Virus record (IMG/VR): IMGVR_UViG_3300035181_000471
Location: 1 to 64,000 of that record
Strand: one strand, 5' to 3'
DNA: 64,000 bases
Position numbers and translations under genes: made by a program. Shown one piece after another: positions 19,756 through 30,085 of this stretch. The notes under the pieces were generated by a model that searched no databases, was not told where the DNA came from, and worked only from the letters and a program-made list of their open reading frames with translations. Each line of letters begins with the position of its first letter. Positions within the stretch are counted from its first letter, which is position 1.

Positions 19756-19998
19756 CTAACTACGAGGGTCTAGCAACTTTTTGGCGGCACTAATGGAGCC
19801 GAAGTTAAAGTCCAGCATGTCTTTGATTGCCTGCTTTAATCTAAAGTTTTCCAACTCCAAATTAGTTATTTTAATTTGAGTCTCATTGGCCTCTTCATGG
19901 GCCTTGTCTCTATAGTCCTGGAAGGACTTTTCCATGCGCCTCAATTCATCACTCATGATGAGGCATTCGTTAAAAAGCTGCTGAGGGTCTTCGGTCAT
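19756..19998 (-). CDS. hypothetical coiled-coil protein
   Basis: ORF in small-gene cluster. Confidence 0.5.
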   Translation of the reverse strand: MTEDPQQLFNECLIMSDELRRMEKSFQDYRDKAHEEANETQIKITNLELENFRLKQAIKDMLDFNFGSISAAKKLLDPRS

Positions 19999-20000
19999 GC

Positions 20001-20210
20001 CTACCTTGATTTCATAACGATAAAAGGCTTACGGATAGTGCCTAGTTTGTCTACTTCAGAGATCGCCACAGTAAACTTAGGCTTGGATAGCTCTGGGGTC
20101 ACATACATACTGATCCGGTAGGTGGGAGCATACTTATTGCCATGAATATAGGTCATTCTATCAGCGGTATAGATAAAAGCCACCTTCACCACAAGGGATG
20201 TCAAAATCAT
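20001..20210 (-). CDS. hypothetical protein
   Basis: ATGA coupling. Confidence 0.45.
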   Translation of the reverse strand: MILTSLVVKVAFIYTADRMTYIHGNKYAPTYRISMYVTPELSKPKFTVAISEVDKLGTIRKPFIVMKSR

Positions 20211-20554
20211 CGTAGCCCCACATAGTTGAGGTGAGGCTCAATTTCTCCAGTCTTAACTTTCTGAGCCTGATCTAGCCATAGTTTAGCGTTGTCCAGCCTT
20301 GCTTGGATGATACCAATTTGCTTGTTCTTTCTAATGATGTAGGAGTCGATGGCTAGCTCTTTAGTGGGATAGGCAAAACGCTTTTTCCCGCTATCGAGAA
20401 CAAACTTAGGTCTCATCCAGGGACATGCATTGTAAGGTTGAATCCAAGACCCGCACGGTGTCTGCTTAACCACTACAAATTCCTCCAGTAGCGGAGGGTA
20501 GAACCGGGGATTTGAGTTGTCCCTATACCTATACATGCTAGTCCCTATGATCAT
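20207..20554 (-). CDS. hypothetical phage protein
   Basis: ATGA coupling. Confidence 0.6.
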   Translation of the reverse strand: MIIGTSMYRYRDNSNPRFYPPLLEEFVVVKQTPCGSWIQPYNACPWMRPKFVLDSGKKRFAYPTKELAIDSYIIRKNKQIGIIQARLDNAKLWLDQAQKVKTGEIEPHLNYVGLR

Positions 20555-20952
20555 ACTTTCCCCTTCTCCTGAAGATACTCATAAAGCTCCTTTAAATCCA
20601 CATACTTGACAGCGTAGCTGTAGTAGTTTCCGTAGTACTCGTTGTCACAGTAATCGGTGGACTTGATGAGGGTCTGAACCATGCGCTTGTAGGCCATGAA
20701 AGAGATCTCAGGGTAGAACTTCTCCAGGATGGTGTCTAGGGCCTCAAACTCAGGTTCAGGTGAAGAATCTATGGCATAGTGGCGGCCTTCCTTACCGTCA
20801 TTCCAACAGCTACCGCCAGTCTGACCTCCGGTACACCAAGAGATCTGAATGAAATCACCCTGAATGGTGTTACGGCGATACGAAGGTGCAAGGGCCTTGT
20901 CGATGTAAACATCACAATCCTCAACAGCCTTTAGAAATTCCGTGTAGTCCAT
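20551..20952 (-). CDS. hypothetical phage protein
   Basis: WCTGGQTGGSCW motif; downstream of a promoter copy. Confidence 0.6.
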   Translation of the reverse strand: MDYTEFLKAVEDCDVYIDKALAPSYRRNTIQGDFIQISWCTGGQTGGSCWNDGKEGRHYAIDSSPEPEFEALDTILEKFYPEISFMAYKRMVQTLIKSTDYCDNEYYGNYYSYAVKYVDLKELYEYLQEKGKV

Positions 20953-20993
20953 GACAACCCCAAATGCAAAGAGCGAGGTTGCCCCCGCTCTCC

Positions 20994-21023
20994 ATTATAC
21001 TGAGTTGTATGAAGTTTTCTACT
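20994..21023 (-). promoter_or_regulatory. putative phage promoter (AGTAGAAAA-N13-AGTATAAT)
   Basis: Copy of the recurring motif. Confidence 0.6.
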
Positions 21024-21259
21024 TAAGCAATTAGTTCAGAGAGGCCATGTAAGCATTGATTTGTGCGTAATCGTAGTAAGCTCTTGAAGTTAGATACCGG
21101 GACGGTTGACCAATTAAAAGTTCTCATGTCTTTCATCAGGACATCCCCATCTTTTTGATCAAATGGTTGAAGGTTGAACTGAGCATCTCTTAGTTCCACA
21201 TCTCCCTTGGGGGTTATAAAGGCTAGAAATTCTTTCTCATCCATTTTTACCATAAGCAT
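21023..21259 (-). CDS. hypothetical protein
   Basis: 78-aa ORF with RBS. Confidence 0.5.
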   Translation of the reverse strand: MLMVKMDEKEFLAFITPKGDVELRDAQFNLQPFDQKDGDVLMKDMRTFNWSTVPVSNFKSLLRLRTNQCLHGLSELIA

Positions 21260-21351
21260 ATTGAGTTCCTTTAGATTTACATAAAACCGAACTTCGTAAA
21301 TTGTACCAGATAGTTGATAAACATCACAGGTTTACTGTGGGTGATGATGAC

Positions 21352-24300
21352 CTACTCATCCTCTTTTTCTGACTGATCGTCAGCGTCATAGCAAGAATCA
21401 CTACAGAATACTTCCATATCTCCACTTCTGACTAGCACTTCAGAAGGATTTAGAATGGGTTTGTTACAATAATGGCAAGTTGGGTATTCATCCCTAGCCC
21501 ATTCCAAGGTGGGTTCAGATAGATCCTGCAAGGACCAAGTGTCTACGAGATCTTCGAATAGAGTTAGAGGATCGACATGGTTGGTGCGAGTAACATAATC
21601 CCAGCTAATCTGCTTTGGATCAGTGAAAATAATTCCTCTGGTTAGGACTTTTTCTAGTTTCGGGTCCACATTGGCTGTTTCCATCGCGTTAGTAAATTCT
21701 TTGTAGTTTTCTGGGGTCAGGTAAATGAGGCTGTCATATTGACGAGGTTCCAGCTTGAAAAGACGGAGGCTATGAGTTAGAAATTCAGAAGATGCGTAAC
21801 TATCATAGGCCCAAAGGCTATCTAGCCATGTTGGGCAGAGCTTAAAGGCATCAACTAGAGTGAACGAAGGCTTAGCTCTCTTTACATCTTCGATGAGGGT
21901 AGCTCCGAAAGAGGTCTTCCATACAGCTCTAGACATATCGTCAATTAGGTCTTTCACCTTATGGTAGATGAACCCGCCTTTAATAAGGCGATTAACCTCA
22001 GGGTCATGTTCTCCTACAAACTGCATGTATTCCCAGTAAGTATCGTTAGCAACCCAGTAGGCTTGAACATCTTCACCGTATTCCCCGACATAAATTCTAT
22101 CTCCGAGATCTCCGCTCTTGGTATTTTGGCACTCAATATAGTCAAGATCAGGGCAATAGATTTGAGCTAGTTTATCAGAAGTATCGTCTGCGGGTGCAGT
22201 AGGGTCAGCATCTTGGGTGATTACATAAAGAGGGCCGGATTCTAAGTAATTCCTGGAGGTTCTTTCACCTTGAGTACACCAATTGGTGCCTTGTGACATG
22301 ATAACAGAAGCCTCGGGAGTAGTGATTCTGTAGAGAATGAGATCCCCTCTGCGTCCGACTACTTCGCATCCTTCTCTAAAGTATTTATCCCTCTGTCTGT
22401 CGATCTCTTTTCTCTGCTCGTTCTTAGATAGATCAGATCTTGTAGCGGAGGCTACTGCGTTGACTAGAGACTCGTAGTGATACTGATTGATGTCCCCGGA
22501 ATTGAGTTCTCTAAATGGAGTGCCTGGACGCTTGAGCATCGAGAATCTCTCAAGGAGGGCCGTAACCTCCCCAGCATTAGGAGCGTTGGGGTTCACGATG
22601 GAGCGAAGGGCCAATCTCTTGTTTTTATACTCTCTGCATAGCCAATCAACATACTCTCCATTAGGAGATGAGTCGATGCTATCCATTGCACCAACAACGG
22701 ATTCAGGAATGCCATACTTCTTCACTAGGGCATCATGCTTAGCCTTAGAGATAGCGGCCATTTTCTTACGAGAGGTCTTTGCAGAAGTTACCTTGAATGT
22801 GAAATCGGGATTGAGGTACCCGCCACGAACTAGTGAAGCTTTGATGTCACGGATACCCCAGCTAGACTCAAATTCTCCCTGAACATAGTCAAAGGCCCCA
22901 TCACGGAAATCCGACTCACCATCCTGATTGATAGCTTCGACTAGTGGAGCCACAAGATCTCTGGCCTTTTCAAACAAGTCCAGTGGGACACCGGGGTATA
23001 GTGACTCTCTTCTTGCATCTCCAGCACGAATAGCGCCGTTGATTGAGCTAAGATGCCATCTGATGTCTACGGTATCGAGGTCGATAGGAGCTTCGGTGTG
23101 GCTTTCATTATAAATGTCCACAGCCCTTTTTGTCACTTCAAAATACTTCTTCAGCGGTGACCCAGGTGAAGTCTTCAACTTCTCCCACTCTTTTTGTGCT
23201 TTTTCAGCTTTATCCTTGAATTCCTTGCTTTCTTTAGCTTCTTCTTGTTCAATTACATCGGAGAACGGAGCGAAGATCTCATCAATAGACTCCTTAATGA
23301 ATTCATCTCTAACCTCATCCCAACAGCTATCGCAATAGGATTCTCCAGCAGCTTGTAAAAAGTGCATATCATCGGAATCATAGCTCTCGCCACAACGAGG
23401 GCAATACTCTCTCTGAGCATCATTATAGCAATCGTCACACAGCATCTCGCCATTGTACTCGTTTAGGTCACGAGCCTCAAATTCACCCCCACAGTTATCG
23501 CAAGTAGCCTCATCCCTAGGGATTTCATCTCTGTTCTGAGAGATGGTGTGATCACTAATGTAGTCATTGATTATCTCGTCATGATGCGATAAGAATTCAA
23601 AGAACTTCCAGTATTCTGGCTTGTTGACCCAGTATCCACCACCTACATTACGACCTACATCTCGGCCATCTACATCCTGAGCTTCAATGCGACTTGGCTC
23701 ATCAGGAACGAAAATCTGAAGGAACTTGTCATCGTTATAGCTATTTTTGGCTTCACTCCCAGGCAGAGTAAAGATGTAAAGCGGGGCCATAGCTAGGTAG
23801 CCTGGACCATAGGCGGTTCCTCGGGTACACCAGTGAGTGTTCTTGCCTAGAATTTCAGAGGCTTGCATGGTGGTAACCCTGAAACAAAGATACCCACCCT
23901 CTACTTCACCTAAATATTCGCTGCCTTCTGTCAGATATTTTTGCTTGTTCTTTTCTATGTCTTCTTTGCGCTTGCGCTCCTGTTCCTTCTTGGACATATC
24001 TTCATTCGTAGTGGCCTCCATAGCAGCCACAAGAGTTGAAACGGTGTAGGAGTTGATATCACCTGAATTGGTCTGTCTAAAGGGGGTTCCTGGCCTCTTT
24101 ACGATACTGAATCTCTGAAGAACGGAAGTGATGTAGTCCTCTCTCGCACCAGAGGATGCAATTTCACCCCTACTTTGGGCCTTGCAGAGCCAGTCGGTAT
24201 ACTCCCCATTGGGTGTTGGATCAATATTAGACAAGGTTTCAACCAGAACGGGGTCTAGCTTGTATTTTTTAGCCAGGGCGTCTTTCTTAGCCTGGGATGC

Positions 24301-26040
24301 GGCTGCGTCTTTGATCAGAAGTCCGTTGTTCCAGGAGGATTCCTTGAGATGAAAGGTTCCATCCTCATTTAGATAGTCATACAACACCAAGATAGATCTG
24401 ATGTCTCTGTTTTTAGAATCAAAATCTCTTTTCACATCATCAATGGCTTCATCAACTAGATGCTCAAAGTTTTCCTCAATTCGTGTATACAGGGGATTCA
24501 GGGTATCATAGACTTTGACAAATTCTTCTTCGGAGATTCCAGGGTAGATTCTAGCTCTGTTCTCATTTGATGTCCAGGACGCAGAACGAGCGGTGGCTAA
24601 TTGCCAACTAATTCGTGCCATAATTTCAGGTGAGATTTTATCATAGATAGCTCTACGACCATTTAGATCTTTAACTATATCTCTGATTTTCTGGAAGTAG
24701 CTAGCTAAGGGGGAGTCTGGGCTATTGTATAGATTATCCCACTCTTCTTCGGCCTCCTCGCTATCTGCGTTCACTTGTGGTTCAAAGGGGGATAGGAGAC
24801 TGACCACAGTCTCCTTAATATAATCGTAATTGGCGTCTTTGAAGCACTCTTCTGAGCAAAAAGTCTTATGAGTTCTACTGTCTGGGACTCCATCTTCCAG
24901 TCTAAAGGTACTATCACAATAGTCACATACTTTTCTCCCATCCCAGTAGTCTTCCTCTGTTTTACAGATGGTGTTGTCTTCGATGTAATTTTTGATGACT
25001 GGATCAAACTTAGCGATGAATTCAAAAAGTTCCCAGAATTCACTTCTGGACACTATATACCCATCGTCTAGGTGTTCACCCAAGTCATCGCCATTGATGT
25101 CCTGGCATTCAATTCTGTCAGGGTGATGGCTTGGTGCAAAGATCTGGCAGAACTTATCACTAGCATAGTCTTCGTTGTCTTCACCAGGAGTTGTGACTAC
25201 ATAAAGAGGACCGTACTTTAGATAGCTAGCGGCGTAGCCCTCCCCCTTTGTACACCAGTGGGTGTCCTTGGATAGCACCTGAGATGCTTCCACGGTGGTA
25301 ACCTTGTAAACTCGGAATGGTCCGGTATCACCTAGAAGCTGACTCCCTTCAAGTGCATATTTATCCTGGTTTTGGTTCAAGTCCCTTTCTTTTTCTTTCT
25401 TGGAAAGATCGGCTCTGGAGGCAAGATCCATCTGGCGAAGGAACTCAGCAATGCTGTAGCGGTTAATGTCGGTCTGGTTCCCTAGTCTCCACTGAGGACT
25501 GTTCTTTAGCTTTTCAAATAACTCTAGCTTGCCCCTCAAGTCAGCCTTGAGAGTATCTGGTGTCTCGTTGTGACTGATGTAGTATTTGTACGCCTTACAA
25601 ATCCATTCCGTATAAGCACCATTAGCTGTTGGATCAATGTCAGCGATGAAATCAAGCTCGTCTTTAGATAGCCTGTATTTTGTCATCAGGGCGTTCTTCT
25701 TGGCGTCTGAAGCGGCGGCTAGAATAATGTGAGAAGCGGTCTTCTCTACGAGCTTCCCAGCATTGGAGCCGACTCGGGTCATCTCAAAGTCGTATTCGGC
25801 TAGATTGGCTCCGATTTCAGCCACATCTCCAAGGGTCCTGTTGTAGAAAGGTAGAGTCTTAAGCTCTCTAATTGCGACACCTACAATAACTGAACTCCTG
25901 AAGATTCTAGGAATAGAGCCGTTATTATACAAGTGCTGAACCCAGTAATAAAGGAATTGGGGCAGCACACTGGGATCGGTAACTTTGAACTTAATCGTGT
26001 TTCCGATAGCCGTAGCTAGTTTTGATTCAAATTCTAACAT
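21352..26040 (-). CDS. large triple-repeat protein with Zn ribbons
   Basis: Three copies of IDP/S..NG.Y..W.C...DIN.Y...TT..AS......T.WCT.G...YL..[GA]PLY...QI...IE.Q, separated by CxxC clusters. Confidence 0.75.
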   Translation of the reverse strand: MLEFESKLATAIGNTIKFKVTDPSVLPQFLYYWVQHLYNNGSIPRIFRSSVIVGVAIRELKTLPFYNRTLGDVAEIGANLAEYDFEMTRVGSNAGKLVEKTASHIILAAASDAKKNALMTKYRLSKDELDFIADIDPTANGAYTEWICKAYKYYISHNETPDTLKADLRGKLELFEKLKNSPQWRLGNQTDINRYSIAEFLRQMDLASRADLSKKEKERDLNQNQDKYALEGSQLLGDTGPFRVYKVTTVEASQVLSKDTHWCTKGEGYAASYLKYGPLYVVTTPGEDNEDYASDKFCQIFAPSHHPDRIECQDINGDDLGEHLDDGYIVSRSEFWELFEFIAKFDPVIKNYIEDNTICKTEEDYWDGRKVCDYCDSTFRLEDGVPDSRTHKTFCSEECFKDANYDYIKETVVSLLSPFEPQVNADSEEAEEEWDNLYNSPDSPLASYFQKIRDIVKDLNGRRAIYDKISPEIMARISWQLATARSASWTSNENRARIYPGISEEEFVKVYDTLNPLYTRIEENFEHLVDEAIDDVKRDFDSKNRDIRSILVLYDYLNEDGTFHLKESSWNNGLLIKDAAASQAKKDALAKKYKLDPVLVETLSNIDPTPNGEYTDWLCKAQSRGEIASSGAREDYITSVLQRFSIVKRPGTPFRQTNSGDINSYTVSTLVAAMEATTNEDMSKKEQERKRKEDIEKNKQKYLTEGSEYLGEVEGGYLCFRVTTMQASEILGKNTHWCTRGTAYGPGYLAMAPLYIFTLPGSEAKNSYNDDKFLQIFVPDEPSRIEAQDVDGRDVGRNVGGGYWVNKPEYWKFFEFLSHHDEIINDYISDHTISQNRDEIPRDEATCDNCGGEFEARDLNEYNGEMLCDDCYNDAQREYCPRCGESYDSDDMHFLQAAGESYCDSCWDEVRDEFIKESIDEIFAPFSDVIEQEEAKESKEFKDKAEKAQKEWEKLKTSPGSPLKKYFEVTKRAVDIYNESHTEAPIDLDTVDIRWHLSSINGAIRAGDARRESLYPGVPLDLFEKARDLVAPLVEAINQDGESDFRDGAFDYVQGEFESSWGIRDIKASLVRGGYLNPDFTFKVTSAKTSRKKMAAISKAKHDALVKKYGIPESVVGAMDSIDSSPNGEYVDWLCREYKNKRLALRSIVNPNAPNAGEVTALLERFSMLKRPGTPFRELNSGDINQYHYESLVNAVASATRSDLSKNEQRKEIDRQRDKYFREGCEVVGRRGDLILYRITTPEASVIMSQGTNWCTQGERTSRNYLESGPLYVITQDADPTAPADDTSDKLAQIYCPDLDYIECQNTKSGDLGDRIYVGEYGEDVQAYWVANDTYWEYMQFVGEHDPEVNRLIKGGFIYHKVKDLIDDMSRAVWKTSFGATLIEDVKRAKPSFTLVDAFKLCPTWLDSLWAYDSYASSEFLTHSLRLFKLEPRQYDSLIYLTPENYKEFTNAMETANVDPKLEKVLTRGIIFTDPKQISWDYVTRTNHVDPLTLFEDLVDTWSLQDLSEPTLEWARDEYPTCHYCNKPILNPSEVLVRSGDMEVFCSDSCYDADDQSEKEDE

Positions 26041-26054
26041 TCATCCACCTAAAA

Positions 26055-26080
26055 ATTGGCCCCTCGTAAAAGGGGCCAAT
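26055..26080 (-). terminator. intrinsic terminator
   Basis: ATTGGCCCCT/AGGGGCCAAT 10-bp stem plus T-tract. Confidence 0.7.
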
Positions 26081-26101
26081 AGTCAATTTCCTGCAAGGGC
26101 G

Positions 26102-26863
26102 TTACTTGGCTACACCTTTGCCTACGAAGAACCCGAGGACCACAGCGGCTACAGCTTTAACATTTCCATTGAACTTCTCGCGCTTAACCTGTTTATCTGT
26201 CTCTTTTACGATGACTTCAAGGTTAGCCTCACGCTCTACATGCCTGGTGATTACAGTGCCTTGTTGAAGGATAATCTCGTTACCCTTGTCGCGCTCCAGC
26301 ACCAAACCCTTAACTTGCGTTGTTAGGCTAGTAGATAGGCCAAGCTGTGTGCTATAAGCGGTCTCAAGACCTGGGACTCTCTGACTTTCCTTATACCATG
26401 TCCAAATAGTAGGGGCATTCCCAGCAGGGGAAGCGATGGTTCCCAGCTTGTAGGGGTCATCCCCCAACTTAGGAACAGTGAGGGTGAATTTAACCCCGGA
26501 TTCTCCGATCTGATTGATGGCGTCGCCGATGTCTTTGGGAGGGTCCCCCACTGGCTTAGGGGGGGGATTTCTTAGGGCCTTCTCTTTCCAAACTTCAACT
26601 TCAGAGGCAAGGGTGTCGTTCTTAACGGCTAGCTCTGCCTTCTGCTTCTTAACCTCGTCTAACTGATCAGTGAGGATTCTTAGTTCGGTTTTGCGCTTGA
26701 TATCTTCTTCTTGTCTGGCATTGTTCTGATTGGTCTGGTACCTGTCATAAGCCTTCCAGCCCTGCCAACACACACCTAGAACAACTACAGCGATGATGAT
26801 ATTTAGGTATTTTTGGATGACATCCCCCACGCCACCTAAACTCTTAGTGAAGTTATCTAACAT
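26102..26863 (-). CDS. membrane coiled-coil protein (spanin-like)
   Basis: N-terminal TM, coiled coil, Pro-rich linker, C-terminal hydrophobic segment. Confidence 0.45.
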   Translation of the reverse strand: MLDNFTKSLGGVGDVIQKYLNIIIAVVVLGVCWQGWKAYDRYQTNQNNARQEEDIKRKTELRILTDQLDEVKKQKAELAVKNDTLASEVEVWKEKALRNPPPKPVGDPPKDIGDAINQIGESGVKFTLTVPKLGDDPYKLGTIASPAGNAPTIWTWYKESQRVPGLETAYSTQLGLSTSLTTQVKGLVLERDKGNEIILQQGTVITRHVEREANLEVIVKETDKQVKREKFNGNVKAVAAVVLGFFVGKGVAK

Positions 26864-26868
26864 AGATC

Positions 26869-27954
26869 CTACTTTCTCTGTCCTAGAATTCGGACGAAGT
26901 TGAGACAGCCAGTGGCAGTAGAGTCAAGAGGAGTGGCTGACTGACGAGCCTCAGGATTGACTTTGAAGCGAACATCGAGATTAGACATGAAGACCTCATT
27001 GAAGAGTTTCATGAAGCCGGGAGCCTTAGTGGTGCCACCAGAGATAACAACTGGAATAGTTTCAGGAATCTCGGTGCGGTTACCATTCATGGCGAAGAAA
27101 GTATTGACTGCGGCAGTCAGCTTAGCTAGAAGCTCCTGATACATCATTCCAATGGCTTCGGCCTGACGATCAGTCTTGGTGTCATCGGAATCAGCCTTGG
27201 TAGTCACCTTACCAGTATAGGCATCAACACCACGCTCCTTCAGGAGAGTAATGTGAGACACCACGGAATCAGTGGCTTGTGCGGCAGAATTGTCGATAAA
27301 GTCACCACCAAAAGGTAGCGAGAACGAACGAACTGGTAGACCCTTGTAGAGTAAGCAGACATTCGTCATGCCAGCACCGAAAGAGATGAAAAGTCCGGTC
27401 AGCGGAATCTCACCCTTCTTAGGCGTGACGGTTTCAGCGTAGCCAATTGCGGCGGCTTCATTCAATGGCTTAGCGGTGAACCCTAGTTCAGTAATAAGGC
27501 TTTTGAAGAAGCTGGTGTGGAATGCTAGGCCAGTGTCGTTGCTTGGTTTCCAGCCCTCAGGCTTCTCGTAGTCAAAAATGGGGCCAGGAACGGAAAAGGC
27601 CACTAGTTCTTTATCCACTTCAGGCTTACCTAGAATCTGGGATAGGATAAGCTGTAGGATCTCCTTGCCGTCCTCTTCCTTGGGGCTAATGAAGCCCTTG
27701 GATAGTGGTCTACGGAGTTCACCACCCAGCACACCAACTAGGTTGATGGCATCGTTACCCACAACAAATAGCTCATTGGAGCCTTCGATGTATTCCACAC
27801 CGGAGATATCCAGGGTGGAGGAATGCTCTAGGGGGAGAGCAAGGAAGCAGTCTCTCACGGAAGACAGATTAACAGTCTTCTTCTGGTCAGACTTAGCGGA
27901 TACGATATAGGCAGTTCCGATATCGACACCACGACCATTAATTACTTCAGCCAT
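26869..27954 (-). CDS. actin-like ATPase (MreB/FtsA/ParM superfamily)
   Basis: GVDIGT, PLNEAAA, SFGAGMTN, GGD, ISGGT motifs. Confidence 0.88.
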   Translation of the reverse strand: MAEVINGRGVDIGTAYIVSAKSDQKKTVNLSSVRDCFLALPLEHSSTLDISGVEYIEGSNELFVVGNDAINLVGVLGGELRRPLSKGFISPKEEDGKEILQLILSQILGKPEVDKELVAFSVPGPIFDYEKPEGWKPSNDTGLAFHTSFFKSLITELGFTAKPLNEAAAIGYAETVTPKKGEIPLTGLFISFGAGMTNVCLLYKGLPVRSFSLPFGGDFIDNSAAQATDSVVSHITLLKERGVDAYTGKVTTKADSDDTKTDRQAEAIGMMYQELLAKLTAAVNTFFAMNGNRTEIPETIPVVISGGTTKAPGFMKLFNEVFMSNLDVRFKVNPEARQSATPLDSTATGCLNFVRILGQRK

Positions 27955-27956
27955 TT

Positions 27957-29057
27957 TTATTTCTCCTTAGAAGGGCTCACTACACCATCTTTTACATCTA
28001 GTTTAATTACGGAATTGCGCTTGGATGCCTTAGGGTCACTCTCGGATTTGAGGGGGATCATATCATCCGTGTCTAGTTCTTTAATACTCTTTGGGGAGAT
28101 CCTCCATTGCTCACCATACAAAGAAATTACATCTTTATACGACTTGACCTTTGGGTCATCCTTAAATAAAGTCTCCATAATGATCTGTTTGAGAACGAAG
28201 TAGAGTATGAAAATACTTTTTGGCTTTTTGATGTTTTGGTTCTTAATCTCATCGAGTATGGCGAGGATCATGACCTTGGGGTCTTTCACACCATCATACA
28301 TCAGTCTCTTAGCAATGGCTGTGATGGTCTTTTGGCGACCATACTTGATCTTCTTTTCTTCAACATTGTCCTCTGTATCTTCTTCAAAGACAGGAACTTC
28401 CAACTTAAATTTAAGGTCTTGCTGAAGCATCAATAGGGCTTCTTCCTCGTATTCCTGAACATACTCTTTCACCACATCCGAGTAGTAGAACACTTGCTGT
28501 TCAGGTGGGACACTTGACAAATCCTTGAGATTGTGAATGGGGGTCTCAATGAGAAGCCTGCGGGTCTTTAGCTCCACCATAACAAGGGCGTAATCCCTTT
28601 CAAGACTAACGACCTTACCACAGAAGCCACGGTCTAAGCCGTCAAGGATACGGACGAATGATCCGACTGAGATGCCTGTTGGGGCCATTCTAAAGGAGTC
28701 TTCACACTCTTTGATGAGTCCCTGTACATACTCGTCATCCACGGTTAGGGCCTTATCAATCCTCTGTTGTTCCCCATCACACAGGATTCCAAGCACACCA
28801 GTAATGGTACGGAACTTGGTAAGCTCCTTCTTGGAGGTAGAACGAATGAAGATATAGCTGGAAGTCTTTAGGGTATACACACCTAAATCACGCTCACCAA
28901 CAGGAATGAACACCTCACAGGCACCATCTTTAATGATGTCCTGGAGGGAGTTACCTATTCGTCTAAGGATGTTTTCGGCGGTCTTTTCGGAGCGAATCTC
29001 CATTAAGTGCCATTTTTGGCCCTGTAACTTGCTAACATCGCCATAAGTTAAAATCAT
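27957..29057 (-). CDS. NusG/RfaH-family factor with C-terminal extension
   Basis: NGN (WHL..EVFIP..SYIFI..ITGV) plus KOW (VGSFVRILDG..GF.GKV). Confidence 0.8.
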   Translation of the reverse strand: MILTYGDVSKLQGQKWHLMEIRSEKTAENILRRIGNSLQDIIKDGACEVFIPVGERDLGVYTLKTSSYIFIRSTSKKELTKFRTITGVLGILCDGEQQRIDKALTVDDEYVQGLIKECEDSFRMAPTGISVGSFVRILDGLDRGFCGKVVSLERDYALVMVELKTRRLLIETPIHNLKDLSSVPPEQQVFYYSDVVKEYVQEYEEEALLMLQQDLKFKLEVPVFEEDTEDNVEEKKIKYGRQKTITAIAKRLMYDGVKDPKVMILAILDEIKNQNIKKPKSIFILYFVLKQIIMETLFKDDPKVKSYKDVISLYGEQWRISPKSIKELDTDDMIPLKSESDPKASKRNSVIKLDVKDGVVSPSKEK

Positions 29058-29059
29058 TA

Positions 29060-30085
29060 TTACTCCACTACTTCAGCATTACATAGTCTAGCAAACTCCG
29101 ATGCTCCAACTTCCCATACGGGCTGTTGTTTTTTGGTTGCAACCTGAGTAGTTACACCAGTTTGACTGGACGCTACTACTTCATCAGATTCAGCTAGCTC
29201 CTTCAAAAGAAGGGGGAGACAGTTAGAAGGGAGGGAGACTCCGCTCTTCCATTTGAGGAATATGTCTGTCATCTTTCTATAATTACTCAGATTTGAACAA
29301 ATTCCTTCGAATATAGGGGAATCATTTCTATTGAAAACAGCATTTGAGTAAGCCGAAAGCAGACCATCAATGATGTCCGTAGTAGAGTAGGATAACTCTA
29401 GTTTGTCTAAGGCGTTGATGGCACCAGAGAAATTGGGGACCAATCTGGAAAGAATGGCGTTACACCCCGCCTCAAGTTCTACGGGAGCTACGGCGGAAAC
29501 TGACTCAGCGGTAATCGGACCCTGTAGGCTTACTGCCTGAAGAAATTTTATTCCCTCTTTAGGTACCCCTTTTGTCAACTTGGCAATGGCCCCTAACGCA
29601 CTCAACTCGTAAGAGATGTCGTGTTCAGCACAAATCCTAGACAAGAACCCCATCATCTCGTCCTGAGTCAGTTTGGATAACTGGACTCTATAAGCACGGG
29701 TTTTGATTTGAGGTGGAAGCTTGAAATAGTCTGAAGTGATGAAAACAAAAACAGGGTGAGGTTTAGTCCCATCGTGAATATTACAGATGGTGTCCCAGGA
29801 TTCTTTTGGAATACGAACCGCTTCTTCGAAAATGATTGGTGAAGATCCAAGATCTCCCCACTCTGGAATTTCACTATAAGCATTAGGATTGAATTTCTTT
29901 GGAGCCGTCCCAGTCAGTTCTTTCAGGAAGAACTTAGCCAGCGCAGTTTTACCCACGCCACTGGCACCTTCAAAAATATAAAGCTGGGGAGCCATGTCCT
30001 TCTTGTCAAGAATAGCCCTAAGTGTATTGAGGGCTACCTTGTTGCCGACCATATCACTTAGGGTTTTTGGTTCGAAAAAGCTCAT
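29060..30085 (-). CDS. DnaX/RFC-like clamp-loader subunit
   Basis: PKTLSDMVG, GASGVGKT, FIT, IKTR sensor; start trimmed to MSFF (TAATG). Confidence 0.82.
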   Translation of the reverse strand: MSFFEPKTLSDMVGNKVALNTLRAILDKKDMAPQLYIFEGASGVGKTALAKFFLKELTGTAPKKFNPNAYSEIPEWGDLGSSPIIFEEAVRIPKESWDTICNIHDGTKPHPVFVFITSDYFKLPPQIKTRAYRVQLSKLTQDEMMGFLSRICAEHDISYELSALGAIAKLTKGVPKEGIKFLQAVSLQGPITAESVSAVAPVELEAGCNAILSRLVPNFSGAINALDKLELSYSTTDIIDGLLSAYSNAVFNRNDSPIFEGICSNLSNYRKMTDIFLKWKSGVSLPSNCLPLLLKELAESDEVVASSQTGVTTQVATKKQQPVWEVGASEFARLCNAEVVE

